Origin: Escherichia virus TH49
DNA length: 41,043 nucleotides
Strand: one strand, 5' to 3'
Sequence record: MT446417.1
The translations under genes were made by a program, and so were the position numbers. Below the pieces are notes generated by a model, which saw only the letters and a list, made by a program, of their open reading frames with translations, was not told where the DNA came from and ran no database searches. Shown piece by piece: positions 25,834 to 38,016 of this stretch (position 1 is its first letter; each line of letters starts with the position of its first letter).

Positions 25834-26244
25834 ATGTACATAAGAAACACTGTAAGTAATGACTTTGATTTGTTCGTCCCGGCCTACCATGACGTACTTG
25901 AGGCACAGGCCATGGGTATAGAACCATCGTTCCCAGCGGTTACCGAGTGTGTCACGTTAGACCACGATGGTTTTCCTTTGGCTATAGGTGGACACTGCGG
26001 AGACCAGTGCTGGTTCGTCACGAGCGACCAAGTGTGGAGACTCGACAGGGCTGGCAAGCTGGAGTTCCGTGAGAGAATCATGGAGTACAGGGACATGTTA
26101 TTAAATGTTTATCCATCCCTGTGGAACTTCGTGTGGGTCGGTAACGGTCCCCACAAGCGGTTCCTTAAGTCCATCGGTGCTGTATTCCACGAGGAGTACA
26201 CTCAGGGTGGGAAGTTCCAACTGTTCACCATAACGAGGAGGTAA
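25834..26244 (+). CDS. gp13: Internal virion protein A (gp13-like)
   Basis: 136 aa; assigned by synteny (between gp12 and gp14) and size similar to T7 gp13. No sequence recognised. Confidence 0.6.
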   Translation: MYIRNTVSNDFDLFVPAYHDVLEAQAMGIEPSFPAVTECVTLDHDGFPLAIGGHCGDQCWFVTSDQVWRLDRAGKLEFRERIMEYRDMLLNVYPSLWNFVWVGNGPHKRFLKSIGAVFHEEYTQGGKFQLFTITRR

Positions 26245-26246
26245 CT

Positions 26247-26837
26247 ATGTGCTGGATGGCAGCCATTCCTATCGCAATGACGGCAGTGCAAGCCATCGGT
26301 CAGTCACGCAGTGAAGCCAAGATGATTGGCCTCCAGAATGACCAGATGCGCCGACAGTCTGCCCAGATGATTAAAGAGTCAAACATTCAGAACGCTAACG
26401 CCAGCCTTGAGCAGAAGCAGAAGCTGGAAGAGGCCAGTGTGGACCTGACCGCAAAGAATCTCGATAAGGTTCAGGCCATGGGTACAATCCGTGCAGCAAT
26501 CGGAGAGGGAAACCTTGAGGGTAACAGCATGGACCGTATCAGTCGAATCGAGGAGGGCAAGTTCATTCGGGAGGCCAACGCGGTCACCGATAACTACCGT
26601 CGAGACTATGCGTCACTGTTCGCTCAGCAGCTGGGTAACTCAGAGTCGACTATTGACCAAGTCAAGTCCATGCAGAAGGCTGAGGGCAAAGGTAAGTCTA
26701 AGCTGGAGCAGGTACTGGACCCGCTGGCGCTGATGACCTCACAGGGTGCATCCGCGTATGCCTCTGGTGCATTCGACAGCAAGGGCACAAAGGCACCAAT
26801 CAGTCAGGCCAAAGGTACTAAGGTAGGAGGTAAATGA
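26247..26837 (+). CDS. gp14: Internal virion protein B (T7 gp14 homolog)
   Basis: 196 aa, the same length as T7 gp14. Matches the recalled T7 gp14 (MCW.AAIPIA, IQNA, KLEEAS.LT, GSSMDRI.R..EG.FIREAN.VT.NYRRDY, ASAYASGAFDSK). Confidence 0.85.
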   Translation: MCWMAAIPIAMTAVQAIGQSRSEAKMIGLQNDQMRRQSAQMIKESNIQNANASLEQKQKLEEASVDLTAKNLDKVQAMGTIRAAIGEGNLEGNSMDRISRIEEGKFIREANAVTDNYRRDYASLFAQQLGNSESTIDQVKSMQKAEGKGKSKLEQVLDPLALMTSQGASAYASGAFDSKGTKAPISQAKGTKVGGK

Positions 26838-29092
26838 TGGCCAGTAAATTAGAACAAGCATTAAGCCAACTACCACAGGCCGGGTCTACCCGTATCCGTG
26901 GTGGCTCAGCATCCATGCAGTATCGCCCAGTTACCATCCAACAGGAAGGGTTCCGTCAGTCCAACCTCGTGCAGTCCTTGGCGAAGTTTGGTACTGCGAT
27001 GGGTGAGGCAGCGGATGCCTACGACAAGCGTCAGCGAGACAAGGCTGATGAGCGGTCGGATGAGATTATCCGTAAGTTGACCCCAGAGCAGCGCCGGGAG
27101 GCAATCAAGAACGGGACCCTGCTGTATCAGGACGACCCGTACGCTATGGAGGCCCTACGGTTCAAGACTGGTCGTAACGCTGCGTTCCTCATTGATGACG
27201 AAGTGGCGCAGCGCGTTCAGAACGGTGAGTTCCGTACTCGTGCTGAGATGGAAGAGTATCGCCACAAGCGGTTGACCGAGGGTGCCAATGAGTTCGCTGA
27301 ACAGTTCATGATTAACCCTGAGGACTCTGAGTTCCAGAGAGGGTTCAACGCGAACATCACTGAGCGCAACATCTCGCTGTACGGTAAGCACGATACGTTC
27401 CTTAGTGAGCAAGCCCAGAAGGGTGCCATACTGGCCTCGAAGGTGGAGCTGTCAGGCGTGCTCAAAGACCCTGCCGTTCTGGCCCGTCCAGAGTCCGGTG
27501 AGTTCTTCCAGCGCTACATCGACAACGCACTTAAGACTGGGAGTATCCCTAGCGATGCTCAAGCACAGCAGGTCATCATTGGGTCCCTTAACGACGTCAT
27601 TCAGCGACCGGGTGCTACCAACTTTTTGCAGAGCCTTGAGGGCCGTCAGGTAACCCTTAATGGGAAGACCACGACCTATAAGGAGCTGATGGGTGAGGAG
27701 CAATGGAACGCCCTGATGGTCAAGGCCCAGTCGACTCAGTTCGACAATGACGCTAAGTTGTCCGAGGGTTTCCGCCTAGGGATTACCAGCGCGTTGAACC
27801 AAGACGACACCAGCAAGGGCTGGGAGATGCTTCAGGGTGCCAAAGCGGAACTCGACCGTCTACAGCCCGGTGAGCAGATGACCCCAGAGCGTGAGCGTTT
27901 GATTCAGGCTGAGGAGCAGATGCAGGCCCGTTTCCGTCAGGAGGCTCAAGCAGCAGCCAAGGAGATGGACAAGCGTCAGAAGACCATCAACAAGAATCAG
28001 GTAATCGACCAGCAGTTCACTAAGCGTATCAACGGTCAGTATGTGTCCACAAGCTACAAGGACATGCCGACCAACGAGAACACCGGAGAGTTCACGCACA
28101 GTGACATGGTGAACTACGCTAACGGTAAGCTGGCCGAGATTGACCAGATGCAGCTCACGGAGCAACAGAAGGACCGCATGAAGCTGAGCTACCTACGGGC
28201 AGACTCAGAGGGTGGAGCCTTCCGTACCGTTGTGGGCCAGATGGTCACCGACGCTGGGTCTGAGTGGTCTGCCGCTGTGATTAACGGTAAGTTACCGGAG
28301 GATACCACAGCGTTGAACAAGCTGCGCTCAATGCGTAATACCGACCCGGACCTCTTCGCTGCGCTGTACCCGGACAAGGCTGACTTGTTCCTGACGATGG
28401 ACATGATGGATAAGCAGGGGATTGACCCGCAGGTCCTAATCGACGCTGACCGTTCCCGCCGCAGCCTTACCAAAGAGATGCAGTACGAGGATGATAAAGC
28501 GTGGGCGTCCCTGAAGAACAACTCAGAGTCCCCAGAGCTGTCCCGCATCCCAGCAAGTCTGGATGGTATGGCCCGTAAGATTTACGACAGCTTCAAGTAC
28601 CGCACAGGTAACAGTGATGGTGCCATGCAGCAGGTTGACAAGTTTCTTAAGGAATCCACTGTGACCTTCAAAGGTGATGACATGGATGGTGATACCATTG
28701 GCATTATCCCTAAGAACGCCTTACAGGTCAGTGACGACCCTAAGAGCTGGGAGCAGGGCCGAGACATCCTCGAAGAAGCCCGTAAGGGAATCATCGCAGC
28801 TAACCCTTGGGTGACCAACAAGCAGCTGACGATGTACCAGCAGGGTGACTCTATCTACATGATGGACACCACTGGCACTGTGCGCATCCGCTACGACAAG
28901 GAGCTACTGACTCGCACCTATCAGGAACAGCAGCAGCGACTGGCCAAGGAAGCTGAAGAGAAGGCACTGAAGGAAGCCACCAAGCGTGCTCCTATCTCAG
29001 CAGCCACTCAGGCCCGTAAGGCAGCAGGCGAGCGTGTACGCGCTAAACGTAAAGCCACTCCGAAGTTCATCTATGGAGGTGGTGACCAATAA
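26834..29092 (+). CDS. gp15: Internal virion (core) protein C (gp15-like)
   Basis: 752 aa; size and position match T7 gp15 (747 aa). The start overlaps the gp14 stop. Confidence 0.8.
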   Translation: MMASKLEQALSQLPQAGSTRIRGGSASMQYRPVTIQQEGFRQSNLVQSLAKFGTAMGEAADAYDKRQRDKADERSDEIIRKLTPEQRREAIKNGTLLYQDDPYAMEALRFKTGRNAAFLIDDEVAQRVQNGEFRTRAEMEEYRHKRLTEGANEFAEQFMINPEDSEFQRGFNANITERNISLYGKHDTFLSEQAQKGAILASKVELSGVLKDPAVLARPESGEFFQRYIDNALKTGSIPSDAQAQQVIIGSLNDVIQRPGATNFLQSLEGRQVTLNGKTTTYKELMGEEQWNALMVKAQSTQFDNDAKLSEGFRLGITSALNQDDTSKGWEMLQGAKAELDRLQPGEQMTPERERLIQAEEQMQARFRQEAQAAAKEMDKRQKTINKNQVIDQQFTKRINGQYVSTSYKDMPTNENTGEFTHSDMVNYANGKLAEIDQMQLTEQQKDRMKLSYLRADSEGGAFRTVVGQMVTDAGSEWSAAVINGKLPEDTTALNKLRSMRNTDPDLFAALYPDKADLFLTMDMMDKQGIDPQVLIDADRSRRSLTKEMQYEDDKAWASLKNNSESPELSRIPASLDGMARKIYDSFKYRTGNSDGAMQQVDKFLKESTVTFKGDDMDGDTIGIIPKNALQVSDDPKSWEQGRDILEEARKGIIAANPWVTNKQLTMYQQGDSIYMMDTTGTVRIRYDKELLTRTYQEQQQRLAKEAEEKALKEATKRAPISAATQARKAAGERVRAKRKATPKFIYGGGDQ

Positions 29093-29108
29093 CCATTAAG
29101 GAGACAAC

Positions 29109-32100
29109 ATGAGCTACGATAAGTCCAAACCTAGCGATTACGACGGCATCTTCCAGAAGGCAGCAGACTCTCATGGGGTCTCCTATGACCTCCTGCGTAA
29201 GTTATCGTTTAACGAATCATCCTTCAACCCTAAGGCCGTCTCTAAGACTGGCCCTAAGGGCATCATGCAGTTCACCCGCAACACGGCCCGAGCGATGGGC
29301 CTTAACGTGACCGATGGTGACGACGATGGGCGCTACAACCCTGAGTTAGCCATTGACGCTGGCGCTAAGCTGCTTGCCAGTCTCGTTAAGAAGTACGACG
29401 GTGATGAGCTGAAAGCGGCCCTAGCGTACAACCAAGGGGAAGGCCCAGCGGGTGCTCCCCAGCTTCAAGCGTATGACAAGGGTGACTTCGGGTCGATCTC
29501 CGAGGAAGGTCGTAACTACATGCGCAAGCTGCTGGATGTGGCCAAGAGTCCGAACTCAGGCGCACTGGAGGCGTTCGGTGGTATCACCCCAAAGGGTAAA
29601 GGGATTCCCGCAGAGGATGCCTTCAAGGGCATCTCCAAGGCTGGCAAGGTCGGTACCGAACTGCCGGAGTCCCATGGGTTCGACGTAGAGGGTGTGGAGC
29701 AACCTGCACCCAACGTACCATACGCTAAGGACTTCTGGGAGAAGACCGGGACGACTCTTGACGAGTATAACGCTCGGTCCACCTTCTTCGGCTTCGGGGA
29801 CGCTGCTGAGGCTCAGATTCAGAACTCCACCTTGGGTGTGGCCTTCCGTGCTGCGCGTGCTGATGATGGGTACGATGTGTTCAAGGACACGATGACCCCT
29901 ACTCGCTGGAACTCCTATGTCCCCTCCAAGGAGGACTTGCAGAAGCTGCGCGACTCCGGGCTGCCTCCGAGTTACTACGGTGTGGTGACTGGAGGTGATG
30001 GTGAGAATTGGGATGCACTCATCAAGCTGGCCAAGGATAACTTCGAGGCCGACCAGCGGGCCGCTGAGGCTGGTACTGGGGCCAAACTCGCTGCTGGTAT
30101 CGTAGGCGCGGGTGTAGACCCACTCAGTTATGTACCTCTGGTCGGTGTGGCCGGGAAGGGACTCAAGGTGGTCAATAAGGCCCTGCTAGTGGGTGCACAG
30201 GCTGGGGCACTTAGTGTTGCCTCTGAGGGAATCCGTACGTCAGTAGCTGGCGGCGAAGCTCACTATGCTGATGCAGCACTTGGCGGGTTACTGTTCGGTG
30301 CTGGCATGTCGGCCCTCAGTGACGCTGTGGCTGCTGGTATCCGTAAGGCACGTGGCGTCGAGTCTGTGAATGAGTTCGCTGCGCCAGCACTACGCATGGA
30401 AGCCCGAGAGACTGCCATCAACACTGGTGGTCACGACACCTCGACACTGCCTCCAGAGAACTTCTCGTTCGAGCAGGACCACAGAGGTGTTCCGTTTGCT
30501 GACCACCCAACCGAAGAGGGCGCAGTGGTTTTGGCCAATGGTTCCATCCTGAGTGATACCAACCCGCTTAACCCAAGGACTCAACGTGACTTCGCAGAGA
30601 TTGACCCAGAGCGTGCAGCTCCCGGTATTAAGCTCGGTGGGTTCACTGAGATTGGCCTGAAGACCTTAGGGTCCAAGGATTCTGGTGTACGGGCAATCGC
30701 TCAGGACCTCGTGCGCTCCCCTACAGGGATGCAATCAGGGTCTAGCGGTAAGTTCGGTGCGACCGCTTCGGACATCCATGAGCGGCTCCACGCTACTGAC
30801 CAGCGGATGTACAATCAGCTGTATGACGCTGTAGACCGTGCCATGAAGGACCCAGAGTTCTCCGTGGGCGAGCAGAAGATGTCACGAAGAGCTATCCGTC
30901 AGGAAGTCTACAAGCGTGCAGCCTTGGCGATTGAGCGTCCAGAGTTACAGGCTGATTTGACCAAAGGTGAACGTGAGGTGATGGACCTGCTGAAAGAGCA
31001 CTTCGACACCAAGCGTGAACTGATGGAACAGCCGGGTATCTTCGGTAACGCTAACGCCGTGAGCATCTTCCCCGGTAGTCGCCACAAGGGTACCTACGTA
31101 CCTAACGTGTACGACAGGGGTGCTAAGGAGCTGATGACTCAGAAGCTGGGTGGACCTGAAGGACTCCAACAGGCAATCGCTCAGAGCTGGCTTACCAGTT
31201 ACCGAGTGCGACCTGAGGTCAAGGCACGTGTCGACGAGTACCTTATGGAACTCAACGGCTACAAGTCGGTTGACCAAGTGACACCTGAGGTGGTCCAGAA
31301 GCACGCCATGGATAAGGCGTACGGTATCAGCCACACTGAGGACTTCACGGCATCCAGTGTCATCGACGACAACATCACAGGGCTGGTCGGCATCGAGAAC
31401 AACTCGTTCCTTGAAGCCCGTAACATGTTTGACAGCGACCTCCCGGTTACATTGCCGGACGGGTCAGCCTTCAGCGTCAATGACCTGAGGGACTTCGATA
31501 TGGCACGGATTATCCCAGCGTACGACCGTCGAGTTAACGGCGATATCTCCATCATGGGCGGTAGCGGTAAGACCACGAAGCAGCTCAAGGACGAAATCAT
31601 GGCGCTGGACAAGAAGGCCGAACGTAAGGGACAGCTGAAGGGTGAAGTGGAAGCACTGAAGGACACCGTTAAGATTCTCACTGGTCGTGCTCGCCGTAAC
31701 AATGATACAGCCTTTGAGACGGCTATGCGCTCCCTGAATGACTTAGCGTTCTTCGCCAAGAACTTCTACATGGGTCCGCAGAACCTCACAGAGATTGCTG
31801 GGATGTTGGCCAAGGGTAACGTTAAGGCGATGCTCCACGGTATCCCGACGTTGCGAGACCTAGCCACCAGAACCTCTCCGGTGTCCGGCAGTGAACTCCG
31901 TGAACTCCATGGGGCACTGTTCGGTAAGGAACTAGACCAGTTAATCCGTCCGGGGCGTGAGGATATCGTACAGAGAATCCGTGAGGCTTCCGATACCAGT
32001 GGGGCCATGGCGTCAGTCATTGGTACCATCAAGTTCGGTACTCAGGAGCTGTCGGCTCGTTCTCCTTGGACCAAGATGCTGAACGGTACGGCTAACTACA

Positions 32101-33074
32101 TTCTGGACACTGCCCGTCAGGGTGTGCTTGGTGATGTGGCTGGTGCGGCCCTAGGCGGTAAGGGTTCCAAGTTTGGCAAAGAGAACTTCCTCAAAGCTGC
32201 CTCTATCAGTCCTGAGCAGTGGAAGGGAATCAAGCAACTTTTTGTCGACCACGCGACTCGTGACGCTAACGGTCAGTTCACCATCAAGGACAAGAAGGCT
32301 TTCAGTCAGGACCCGAGAGCGATGGACCTGTGGCGTCTTGCTGATAAGGTTGCCGACGAGACCATGCTGCGCCCTCACAAGGTATCACAGCAGGATTCCA
32401 AGGCGTACGGTGCTGGTGTCAAGATGGCTATGCAGTTCAAGAACTTTACCATCAAGTCACTAAACGCCAAGTTCATTCGGTCCTTCTACGAGGGCTACAA
32501 GAACAACCGCGCTATCGACATGGCGTTGACCCACGTGTTGTCTCTGGGTATCGCCGGGACTTACTTTGCGATGCAGGCCCACGTGAAGGCTTACGGCCTC
32601 CAAGAGTCTCAGCGCAAGGACTACCTGAAGAAAGCCCTGAACCCGACCATGCTGGGCTACGCAGCGTTGACTCGAAGTTCCCACACTGGTGCCCCGCTGT
32701 CCATCGTCTCGATGATTGCAGGTGCCGCTGGGTTCCAAGACGCCAACATGCTGCGCTCCACCATCTTACCGAAGGAGGAACAGTTCCAGAAGAAAGATGG
32801 GGCGTCAAAGGGCCGCGCAGAGTCGAGCAACCTTGCGGGTAACTTGGGGTCTCAGGTCCCAGCGCTGGGTTACGTAGGGAACGTCATTGCTACCGCTAAG
32901 AACGCTTACGGTGTCGCTACAGCACCTAATAAGCCGACTGAGCGTGACTACATGACTGGCCTGATGAACTCCACAAAGGAGCTTGTGCCTAACGACCCAC
33001 TTACCCAACAGCTAATCATGAAAATCTATGAGGCTAATGGCGTCACCATAAAGCAGCAGCCTAGACCCAACTAA
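29109..33074 (+). CDS. gp16: Internal virion protein D with N-terminal lytic transglycosylase domain (gp16-like)
   Basis: 1321 aa (T7 gp16 is about 1318 aa). The N-terminal lysozyme-like transglycosylase motif (NESSFNP...GIMQF) is typical of gp16. Confidence 0.88.
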   Translation: MSYDKSKPSDYDGIFQKAADSHGVSYDLLRKLSFNESSFNPKAVSKTGPKGIMQFTRNTARAMGLNVTDGDDDGRYNPELAIDAGAKLLASLVKKYDGDELKAALAYNQGEGPAGAPQLQAYDKGDFGSISEEGRNYMRKLLDVAKSPNSGALEAFGGITPKGKGIPAEDAFKGISKAGKVGTELPESHGFDVEGVEQPAPNVPYAKDFWEKTGTTLDEYNARSTFFGFGDAAEAQIQNSTLGVAFRAARADDGYDVFKDTMTPTRWNSYVPSKEDLQKLRDSGLPPSYYGVVTGGDGENWDALIKLAKDNFEADQRAAEAGTGAKLAAGIVGAGVDPLSYVPLVGVAGKGLKVVNKALLVGAQAGALSVASEGIRTSVAGGEAHYADAALGGLLFGAGMSALSDAVAAGIRKARGVESVNEFAAPALRMEARETAINTGGHDTSTLPPENFSFEQDHRGVPFADHPTEEGAVVLANGSILSDTNPLNPRTQRDFAEIDPERAAPGIKLGGFTEIGLKTLGSKDSGVRAIAQDLVRSPTGMQSGSSGKFGATASDIHERLHATDQRMYNQLYDAVDRAMKDPEFSVGEQKMSRRAIRQEVYKRAALAIERPELQADLTKGEREVMDLLKEHFDTKRELMEQPGIFGNANAVSIFPGSRHKGTYVPNVYDRGAKELMTQKLGGPEGLQQAIAQSWLTSYRVRPEVKARVDEYLMELNGYKSVDQVTPEVVQKHAMDKAYGISHTEDFTASSVIDDNITGLVGIENNSFLEARNMFDSDLPVTLPDGSAFSVNDLRDFDMARIIPAYDRRVNGDISIMGGSGKTTKQLKDEIMALDKKAERKGQLKGEVEALKDTVKILTGRARRNNDTAFETAMRSLNDLAFFAKNFYMGPQNLTEIAGMLAKGNVKAMLHGIPTLRDLATRTSPVSGSELRELHGALFGKELDQLIRPGREDIVQRIREASDTSGAMASVIGTIKFGTQELSARSPWTKMLNGTANYILDTARQGVLGDVAGAALGGKGSKFGKENFLKAASISPEQWKGIKQLFVDHATRDANGQFTIKDKKAFSQDPRAMDLWRLADKVADETMLRPHKVSQQDSKAYGAGVKMAMQFKNFTIKSLNAKFIRSFYEGYKNNRAIDMALTHVLSLGIAGTYFAMQAHVKAYGLQESQRKDYLKKALNPTMLGYAALTRSSHTGAPLSIVSMIAGAAGFQDANMLRSTILPKEEQFQKKDGASKGRAESSNLAGNLGSQVPALGYVGNVIATAKNAYGVATAPNKPTERDYMTGLMNSTKELVPNDPLTQQLIMKIYEANGVTIKQQPRPN

Positions 33075-33095
33075 TTAGGGCACACTATAGGGAGA
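33073..33095 (+). promoter_or_regulatory. Phage RNAP promoter (phi17-like), exact consensus
   Basis: Perfect 23-mer; the transcript begins with a GGGAGACC...GGTTTCCC hairpin. Confidence 0.85.
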
Positions 33096-33136
33096 CCAGC
33101 GCGGTTTCCCTTCTCATTCAACTAAAGGAGGTCACG

Positions 33137-35551
33137 ATGGACCAAGAAATTAAAACAGTCATCCAGTACCCCACAGGGTCCACTGAGTTCGACATCCCGT
33201 TCGACTACCTGTCCCGTAAGTTTGTCCGTGTGTCGCTGGTGTCAGACGACAACCGCAGACTGCTGAGCAACATCACTGAGTACCGCTACGTGTCTAAGAC
33301 CAGAGTGAAGCTCCTTGTGGACACGACCGGGTTCGACCGTGTGGAAATCCGACGGTTAACCTCAGCGTCTGAGCGTATCGTTGACTTCAGCGATGGCTCG
33401 GTTCTCCGCGCTGCTGACCTTAACGTATCTCAAATACAGTCGGCGCATATCGCAGAGGAAGCACGTGACGCGGCACTCATGGCCATGCCACAGGATGACG
33501 CTGGGAACCTTGATGCACGAAATCGGCGCATCGTTCGACTGGCTACGGGTATCGATGGCACTGATGCTGTCAACAAGGACCAGCTGGATAAGACCTTAGG
33601 TGACGCTGGTGGTATCTTGAGCGACATGAAGCAGACAGAGAAGGACGTCATGGACTACATCCAGAACTTCGCTGATGACTCCACTATGGTCAAGGGCGTT
33701 AGCTGGGTGTACAACAACGGGGCAGCGAACGGTGGTGAAACATCCTTCATAATCACTAAGACTGGTCCCGTATTCGCGGTACCTTTCATTGAGATTAACG
33801 GGAGCCGACAGCTTCGGAACTACCACTTCGAGTATGACCCTAAGACTAAGGTCGTCACTCTCGCTAAGCCGCTCCGCAAGGGAGACTTCGTTGTCTGCCA
33901 GACTGCTGAAGGCACGTTGCCAATCATTGAGCTTCTGTCCGGGGCTAATGGTGCCTCTGAGATTGGCGTTAAGGGTGGTGGTACCATTCAGGATGTTATA
34001 GATGCGCCAGCTGTAATCACGGGGCGTGTCAACATTCGAAACCCATACTGGAACGCTCCTCAGGATAATGCAGGAGACCCTGATGCGTCTATCGCCAACT
34101 CCCGAGCAATCAACAAGATGTTCAACTCTGGGGCACTCCATGTGGAGCTTGACGATAAAGCGCGTCACGTTAGCGAGCCTCTACTGTACACTTCCAGCCT
34201 TTCGATTCACGGGGCAGGGAGAAGCGCTCTGAGTCTTATCTGGAATGGCGGTGACCTTCCGATGATTGCTCGTAGCACCTACAGCGATAAGGACACCAGA
34301 GGGGCCAGTAACGTCCGACTAAAGGACCTTCGTGTATCCGACTTAGCACCTACTCGGGTGAAGTATTACACCATCGACCTATTCAACGGTAACAGTAATG
34401 GCCTCACCGATTGCTGGCTGGACTGTCCCGGTAGGTTCAACGCGGATGGTAGCAGGCAGATTACCTCTGACCGGTATGGGGTCGCTATTGGTGTGGCTCG
34501 AAACAGTACCCTTCCTGGTGACGCTGGGTTCGTATCCCACATGCGCTCATCAAGAATCACCAACGGTACACTCATGATTAACGGTACGGATTGGTACGTA
34601 AGCGGCTGTGAGCTTTGGGGGAGCTTCCGAAACAGGGCCGTTGAGATTAGCGGCGGTGGTACAATGGATGGTGGTACCCAGCTGGTTCCGGGCGCTGAGG
34701 CTGGAATCTTCCTGTTTAGCGATGTCGGCTTTAACATTGACACCCTCAAGGTGATTGGTGTGTATTTCGACGGTAGCACCGATAAGACGCTCAAGACTGG
34801 ATGGGGCATTAAGTCAGCTGCTGGAATCGGCCTACAGGGTGCACAGATTCTGGGGTGCAACTTCTGGCACATCAATGAGGGCGGTATCTTCGTTTCCAAG
34901 ATGTATTCCTCAACGGTCAGCTCTAACTTCCGTGATTGCGATAGTGACGATACAGGAGAGGATGACATCGTGTGTGACGATATGTATGGCTCTCGACTCC
35001 TCAGTAACCATCACCGAGGCCCAGCACCAAAGGCCTCCGACAGGGTTAACCTTGGGCGGCCCTTTAAGGTGACTGGACGTGCTGGGTTCCCACTATCAAC
35101 AGTAGGTGGTGAGATAGGTTTCGGTTCGGCATACATTCCGTGTTCCGTATCTGGAAGAGACACTGTGCGAAGCGTTGGGGGTTCCTCCCTTACTTCCTTC
35201 CAGTACTCCTCTCTGCCACCAGCAACCAACAGGGTGGGAGAAGTAATCGTAATGGCTGGTAGAACGTACATCTCAAATGGTACAGGGTGGGTTGATGCAA
35301 CAGGGGCTACCGCAGCGCTAGAGTCACCAACGGATTTAGACACTGCGACAGTCCTTCGGTCATACTACACGTCAGACCTGACCAAGCACACAAACATCCC
35401 TCCGGGAGTGACAGGAGGTGGTGTCCTCGACAACAAGATGGTGACGTCTCAGTACATCACTCAGATTCTAACCGTACTCAAAGCCTCTGGCGGAGTATAC
35501 TCAAGGTCTCTGACACCTTCTGGGTGGGGACAGTGGAGTAAGATAGCATAA
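33137..35551 (+). CDS. gp17: Tail fiber/tailspike protein with T7 gp17-like N-terminal adaptor domain and probable C-terminal capsule depolymerase domain
   Basis: 804 aa. The first 120 aa or so match the recalled T7 gp17 N-terminus (IKTV, FDIPF.YL.RKFV, RRLTS...[26 protein letters not shown]). The remainder is unrelated to the T7 fiber and rich in Gly/Asn/Thr, as in beta-helix tailspikes. Confidence 0.85.
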   Translation: MDQEIKTVIQYPTGSTEFDIPFDYLSRKFVRVSLVSDDNRRLLSNITEYRYVSKTRVKLLVDTTGFDRVEIRRLTSASERIVDFSDGSVLRAADLNVSQIQSAHIAEEARDAALMAMPQDDAGNLDARNRRIVRLATGIDGTDAVNKDQLDKTLGDAGGILSDMKQTEKDVMDYIQNFADDSTMVKGVSWVYNNGAANGGETSFIITKTGPVFAVPFIEINGSRQLRNYHFEYDPKTKVVTLAKPLRKGDFVVCQTAEGTLPIIELLSGANGASEIGVKGGGTIQDVIDAPAVITGRVNIRNPYWNAPQDNAGDPDASIANSRAINKMFNSGALHVELDDKARHVSEPLLYTSSLSIHGAGRSALSLIWNGGDLPMIARSTYSDKDTRGASNVRLKDLRVSDLAPTRVKYYTIDLFNGNSNGLTDCWLDCPGRFNADGSRQITSDRYGVAIGVARNSTLPGDAGFVSHMRSSRITNGTLMINGTDWYVSGCELWGSFRNRAVEISGGGTMDGGTQLVPGAEAGIFLFSDVGFNIDTLKVIGVYFDGSTDKTLKTGWGIKSAAGIGLQGAQILGCNFWHINEGGIFVSKMYSSTVSSNFRDCDSDDTGEDDIVCDDMYGSRLLSNHHRGPAPKASDRVNLGRPFKVTGRAGFPLSTVGGEIGFGSAYIPCSVSGRDTVRSVGGSSLTSFQYSSLPPATNRVGEVIVMAGRTYISNGTGWVDATGATAALESPTDLDTATVLRSYYTSDLTKHTNIPPGVTGGGVLDNKMVTSQYITQILTVLKASGGVYSRSLTPSGWGQWSKIA

Positions 35552-35561
35552 GGAGAACCAC

Positions 35562-37538
35562 ATGTTAGACAATCTTAATCAACCGCGCGGAAGTACCGCA
35601 GGTATACTGGAACCTAACCGCGCTCCAGCGGTAATCACTAGGTCTGTGGCCGACCTCCTCTTAGATGGGGAGGCAGGTCTCCGTAAGAACTTTGGGGCCA
35701 AGGGAGACGGGGTGTCTGACGATACTGCCGCATTCAACGACTGGTGGGCGTGCCTCATGGATGTTAACTACAAGCGAAGACCAGCCGAGGAAGATGAGTC
35801 AACGGTTCGATTCATGCTTCAGAAGGGTCCTCTACTTAAGTTGGAGCACGGTACCTTTGTATATAGCGGTAAGGGGTTAGATATCGCCACTTCGAATGCC
35901 TTCGTGTTCAACGTTGTTGGGGAGAGTGCCTTGTCCACAAAGGTTCTAATCACGGGCGGGTACTACCTATTCGACTTCGCTAATAACCCGGTCCATTCCC
36001 TCCTCGGGGACATGACAATACACGGTGGGCTAGGTGCGGTTCGGTACCGCTCTAAGTCCCGTAACGCCAGTGGGATGCACATATTCAAGGACCTAAGGGT
36101 CTCTCGGTATTCTGAATGTGCTATCAGCCACAACTCTGTGGACATGCCGTACTTCCGTGTGGAGCGTGGGATGTTCTATGGTCGAACCGATATGCAGACC
36201 ATTGGTGTGTGCGTGTCTGGTCTCGCCGCTGGTGGCTACATTAAGGACTGTGTGTTCAGTGATAACCGTTACGGGATTAAACTGGCGGTAGGTGACAATG
36301 GTATCGAGCGCACTGGGCCAGCCACTCCGTTCCTCATTGAGGGTAATGACTTCTACCGAACAGGTAACAGGGCACCTAAGGCATCCTATGACGTATGGGT
36401 AGAGCCGGGTTCAACTGCCCAGAACTCAGGAAGAAGCATTAAGTTCAGCCGCAATAAGTTTGGACAAGAGTTCCTAGTGTACCCGGATTGTCACATTCTG
36501 GTTGCTGACGCCTACCCTACAGGGAGTGGCGCGGGACTGAATGGTGACAGGCACCACACCGAGGAGCAGTCGTCTGGATTCTTCTCTGGCGCACGGTTCG
36601 ATGACAACGACGTTAACTCCGTCAACTCTGGGTATAGCGCTCCGTACATCAAGTCGTTCACCCCAAACATCGGCAACTTACGTATAGCTGACTCATATGA
36701 TAACGGGATGCCCTCGCGGTTCATTGAGTTCTCCGGTGGAATCCTTCAGTCGCAGGTTAATAACCTCACTCGTACAAACGTCCTTGACATTAGTCACTGC
36801 GTGTCCCTACAGAAAGGGGTTGAGCCATCACTACTGTCTAACCTTAACGATGTCATCAAGGTTGTAGACCCGCTACAGTTACTTGCAGGTCATCCACAAT
36901 CTACGGCAATCCCTACAGGTAACCAGCACGTTGACTTCACGAGTGTGTATGCTGGGCCTACTAGCTCCATAGCTGTGACAGGTGCATCCCGTACTGCGAT
37001 AAACAACTCCTACGGTGGTATTACGGAGGCCGCAGAGATTACCCTGAGTTCTCCAGACGGTCGGGCTGTTATTACCGCACCCGGTGGGGTTGCTGGGCGT
37101 CAGCACTGGATTGACTTCGAAGTTAGACGCGGGTCGACGAACCCTGTGAGGTCTGTAATCGTGGAGATACTTGACCAGTCAGGGGTATCCTTACAATTGC
37201 GTAGGGTTATCCTTATGGACTCGGCCCTTCGGTGGCAGAAGGTGGTACTGCCGTATGTACCAAACGAGTCAGGTAATATCGTGATTAGGTTTAGGTCTGG
37301 CACCTTCGTTGAGGGGACTGCGACAACATTTGCGGTAGGTAACGCAAACATCTACCAGAACCCTACTCCGATAAACACGGGCCACAACAGCGGACTGTCC
37401 ATGCGCTGGAGTACACAACATGAGGTGCGTGGGTCTCGGCACGTTTGGGTGGACTCCTTAGGGAACTTCCGCTCGAAGAACGGCCAGCCTACGTCAGAGT
37501 CTGACGGTGTAATCATTAGTGCCAACCCATCACCATAA
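35562..37538 (+). CDS. Second receptor-binding protein: putative tailspike/capsule depolymerase without a gp17-type anchor domain
   Basis: 658 aa; ATG with AAGGAGA upstream. The motif FGAKGDGVSDDTAAF is typical of pectate-lyase-like right-handed beta-helix tailspikes. The position directly after gp17 matches the two-depolymerase layout of KP32-like Klebsiella phages. Confidence 0.72.
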   Translation: MLDNLNQPRGSTAGILEPNRAPAVITRSVADLLLDGEAGLRKNFGAKGDGVSDDTAAFNDWWACLMDVNYKRRPAEEDESTVRFMLQKGPLLKLEHGTFVYSGKGLDIATSNAFVFNVVGESALSTKVLITGGYYLFDFANNPVHSLLGDMTIHGGLGAVRYRSKSRNASGMHIFKDLRVSRYSECAISHNSVDMPYFRVERGMFYGRTDMQTIGVCVSGLAAGGYIKDCVFSDNRYGIKLAVGDNGIERTGPATPFLIEGNDFYRTGNRAPKASYDVWVEPGSTAQNSGRSIKFSRNKFGQEFLVYPDCHILVADAYPTGSGAGLNGDRHHTEEQSSGFFSGARFDDNDVNSVNSGYSAPYIKSFTPNIGNLRIADSYDNGMPSRFIEFSGGILQSQVNNLTRTNVLDISHCVSLQKGVEPSLLSNLNDVIKVVDPLQLLAGHPQSTAIPTGNQHVDFTSVYAGPTSSIAVTGASRTAINNSYGGITEAAEITLSSPDGRAVITAPGGVAGRQHWIDFEVRRGSTNPVRSVIVEILDQSGVSLQLRRVILMDSALRWQKVVLPYVPNESGNIVIRFRSGTFVEGTATTFAVGNANIYQNPTPINTGHNSGLSMRWSTQHEVRGSRHVWVDSLGNFRSKNGQPTSESDGVIISANPSP

Positions 37539-37547
37539 GGAGGTAAC

Positions 37548-37751
37548 ATGTTGTCCCTAGACTTCAACAATGAAGTTATCAAGGCGGCTCCCATTGCGGG
37601 GGTCGCTGGGGCTGATGGCGTAGCGAGGCTCTTTTGGGGCCTCTCACTCAACGAGTGGTTCTACGTCGCGGCAATCGCCTACACAGTGGTTCAAATTGGT
37701 GCCAAGGTAGTCGACAAAATCATTGACTGGAAGAAAGCTAATAAGGAGTAA
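37548..37751 (+). CDS. gp17.5: Class II holin (T7 gp17.5 homolog)
   Basis: 67 aa, near identity to the recalled T7 gp17.5 (MLSLDFNNE.IKAAPI, LNEWFYVAAIAYTVVQIGAKVVDK.IDWKKANKE). Confidence 0.94.
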   Translation: MLSLDFNNEVIKAAPIAGVAGADGVARLFWGLSLNEWFYVAAIAYTVVQIGAKVVDKIIDWKKANKE

Positions 37752-37754
37752 CAT

Positions 37755-38012
37755 ATGGACCTGATTAAGTTCCTCGAAATGTTAGACACTGAGATGGCTC
37801 AGCAGATGCTCATGGACCTGAAGAATCCCGAGAAGCGAACCCCCCAGCTCTACAACGCCATTGGTAAACTACTGGAGCGCCATAAGTTCCAAATCTCTAA
37901 GCTGACCCCTGACGTTAACATCTTGGGCGGACTGGCTGAGGGCCTGGAGGCTTACAACTCAAAGGTTGGCGCTGATGGTCTGACAGACGACGATAAGTTC
38001 ACCCTACAGTGA
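37755..38012 (+). CDS. gp18: Terminase small subunit / DNA maturation protein A (T7 gp18 homolog)
   Basis: 85 aa. Matches the recalled T7 gp18 (FLEMLDT.MAQ.ML.DL, PQLYNAI.KLL.RHKFQI.KL.PDV.ILGGLA, GLTDDD..TLQ). Confidence 0.9.
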   Translation: MDLIKFLEMLDTEMAQQMLMDLKNPEKRTPQLYNAIGKLLERHKFQISKLTPDVNILGGLAEGLEAYNSKVGADGLTDDDKFTLQ

Positions 38013-38016
38013 TATA

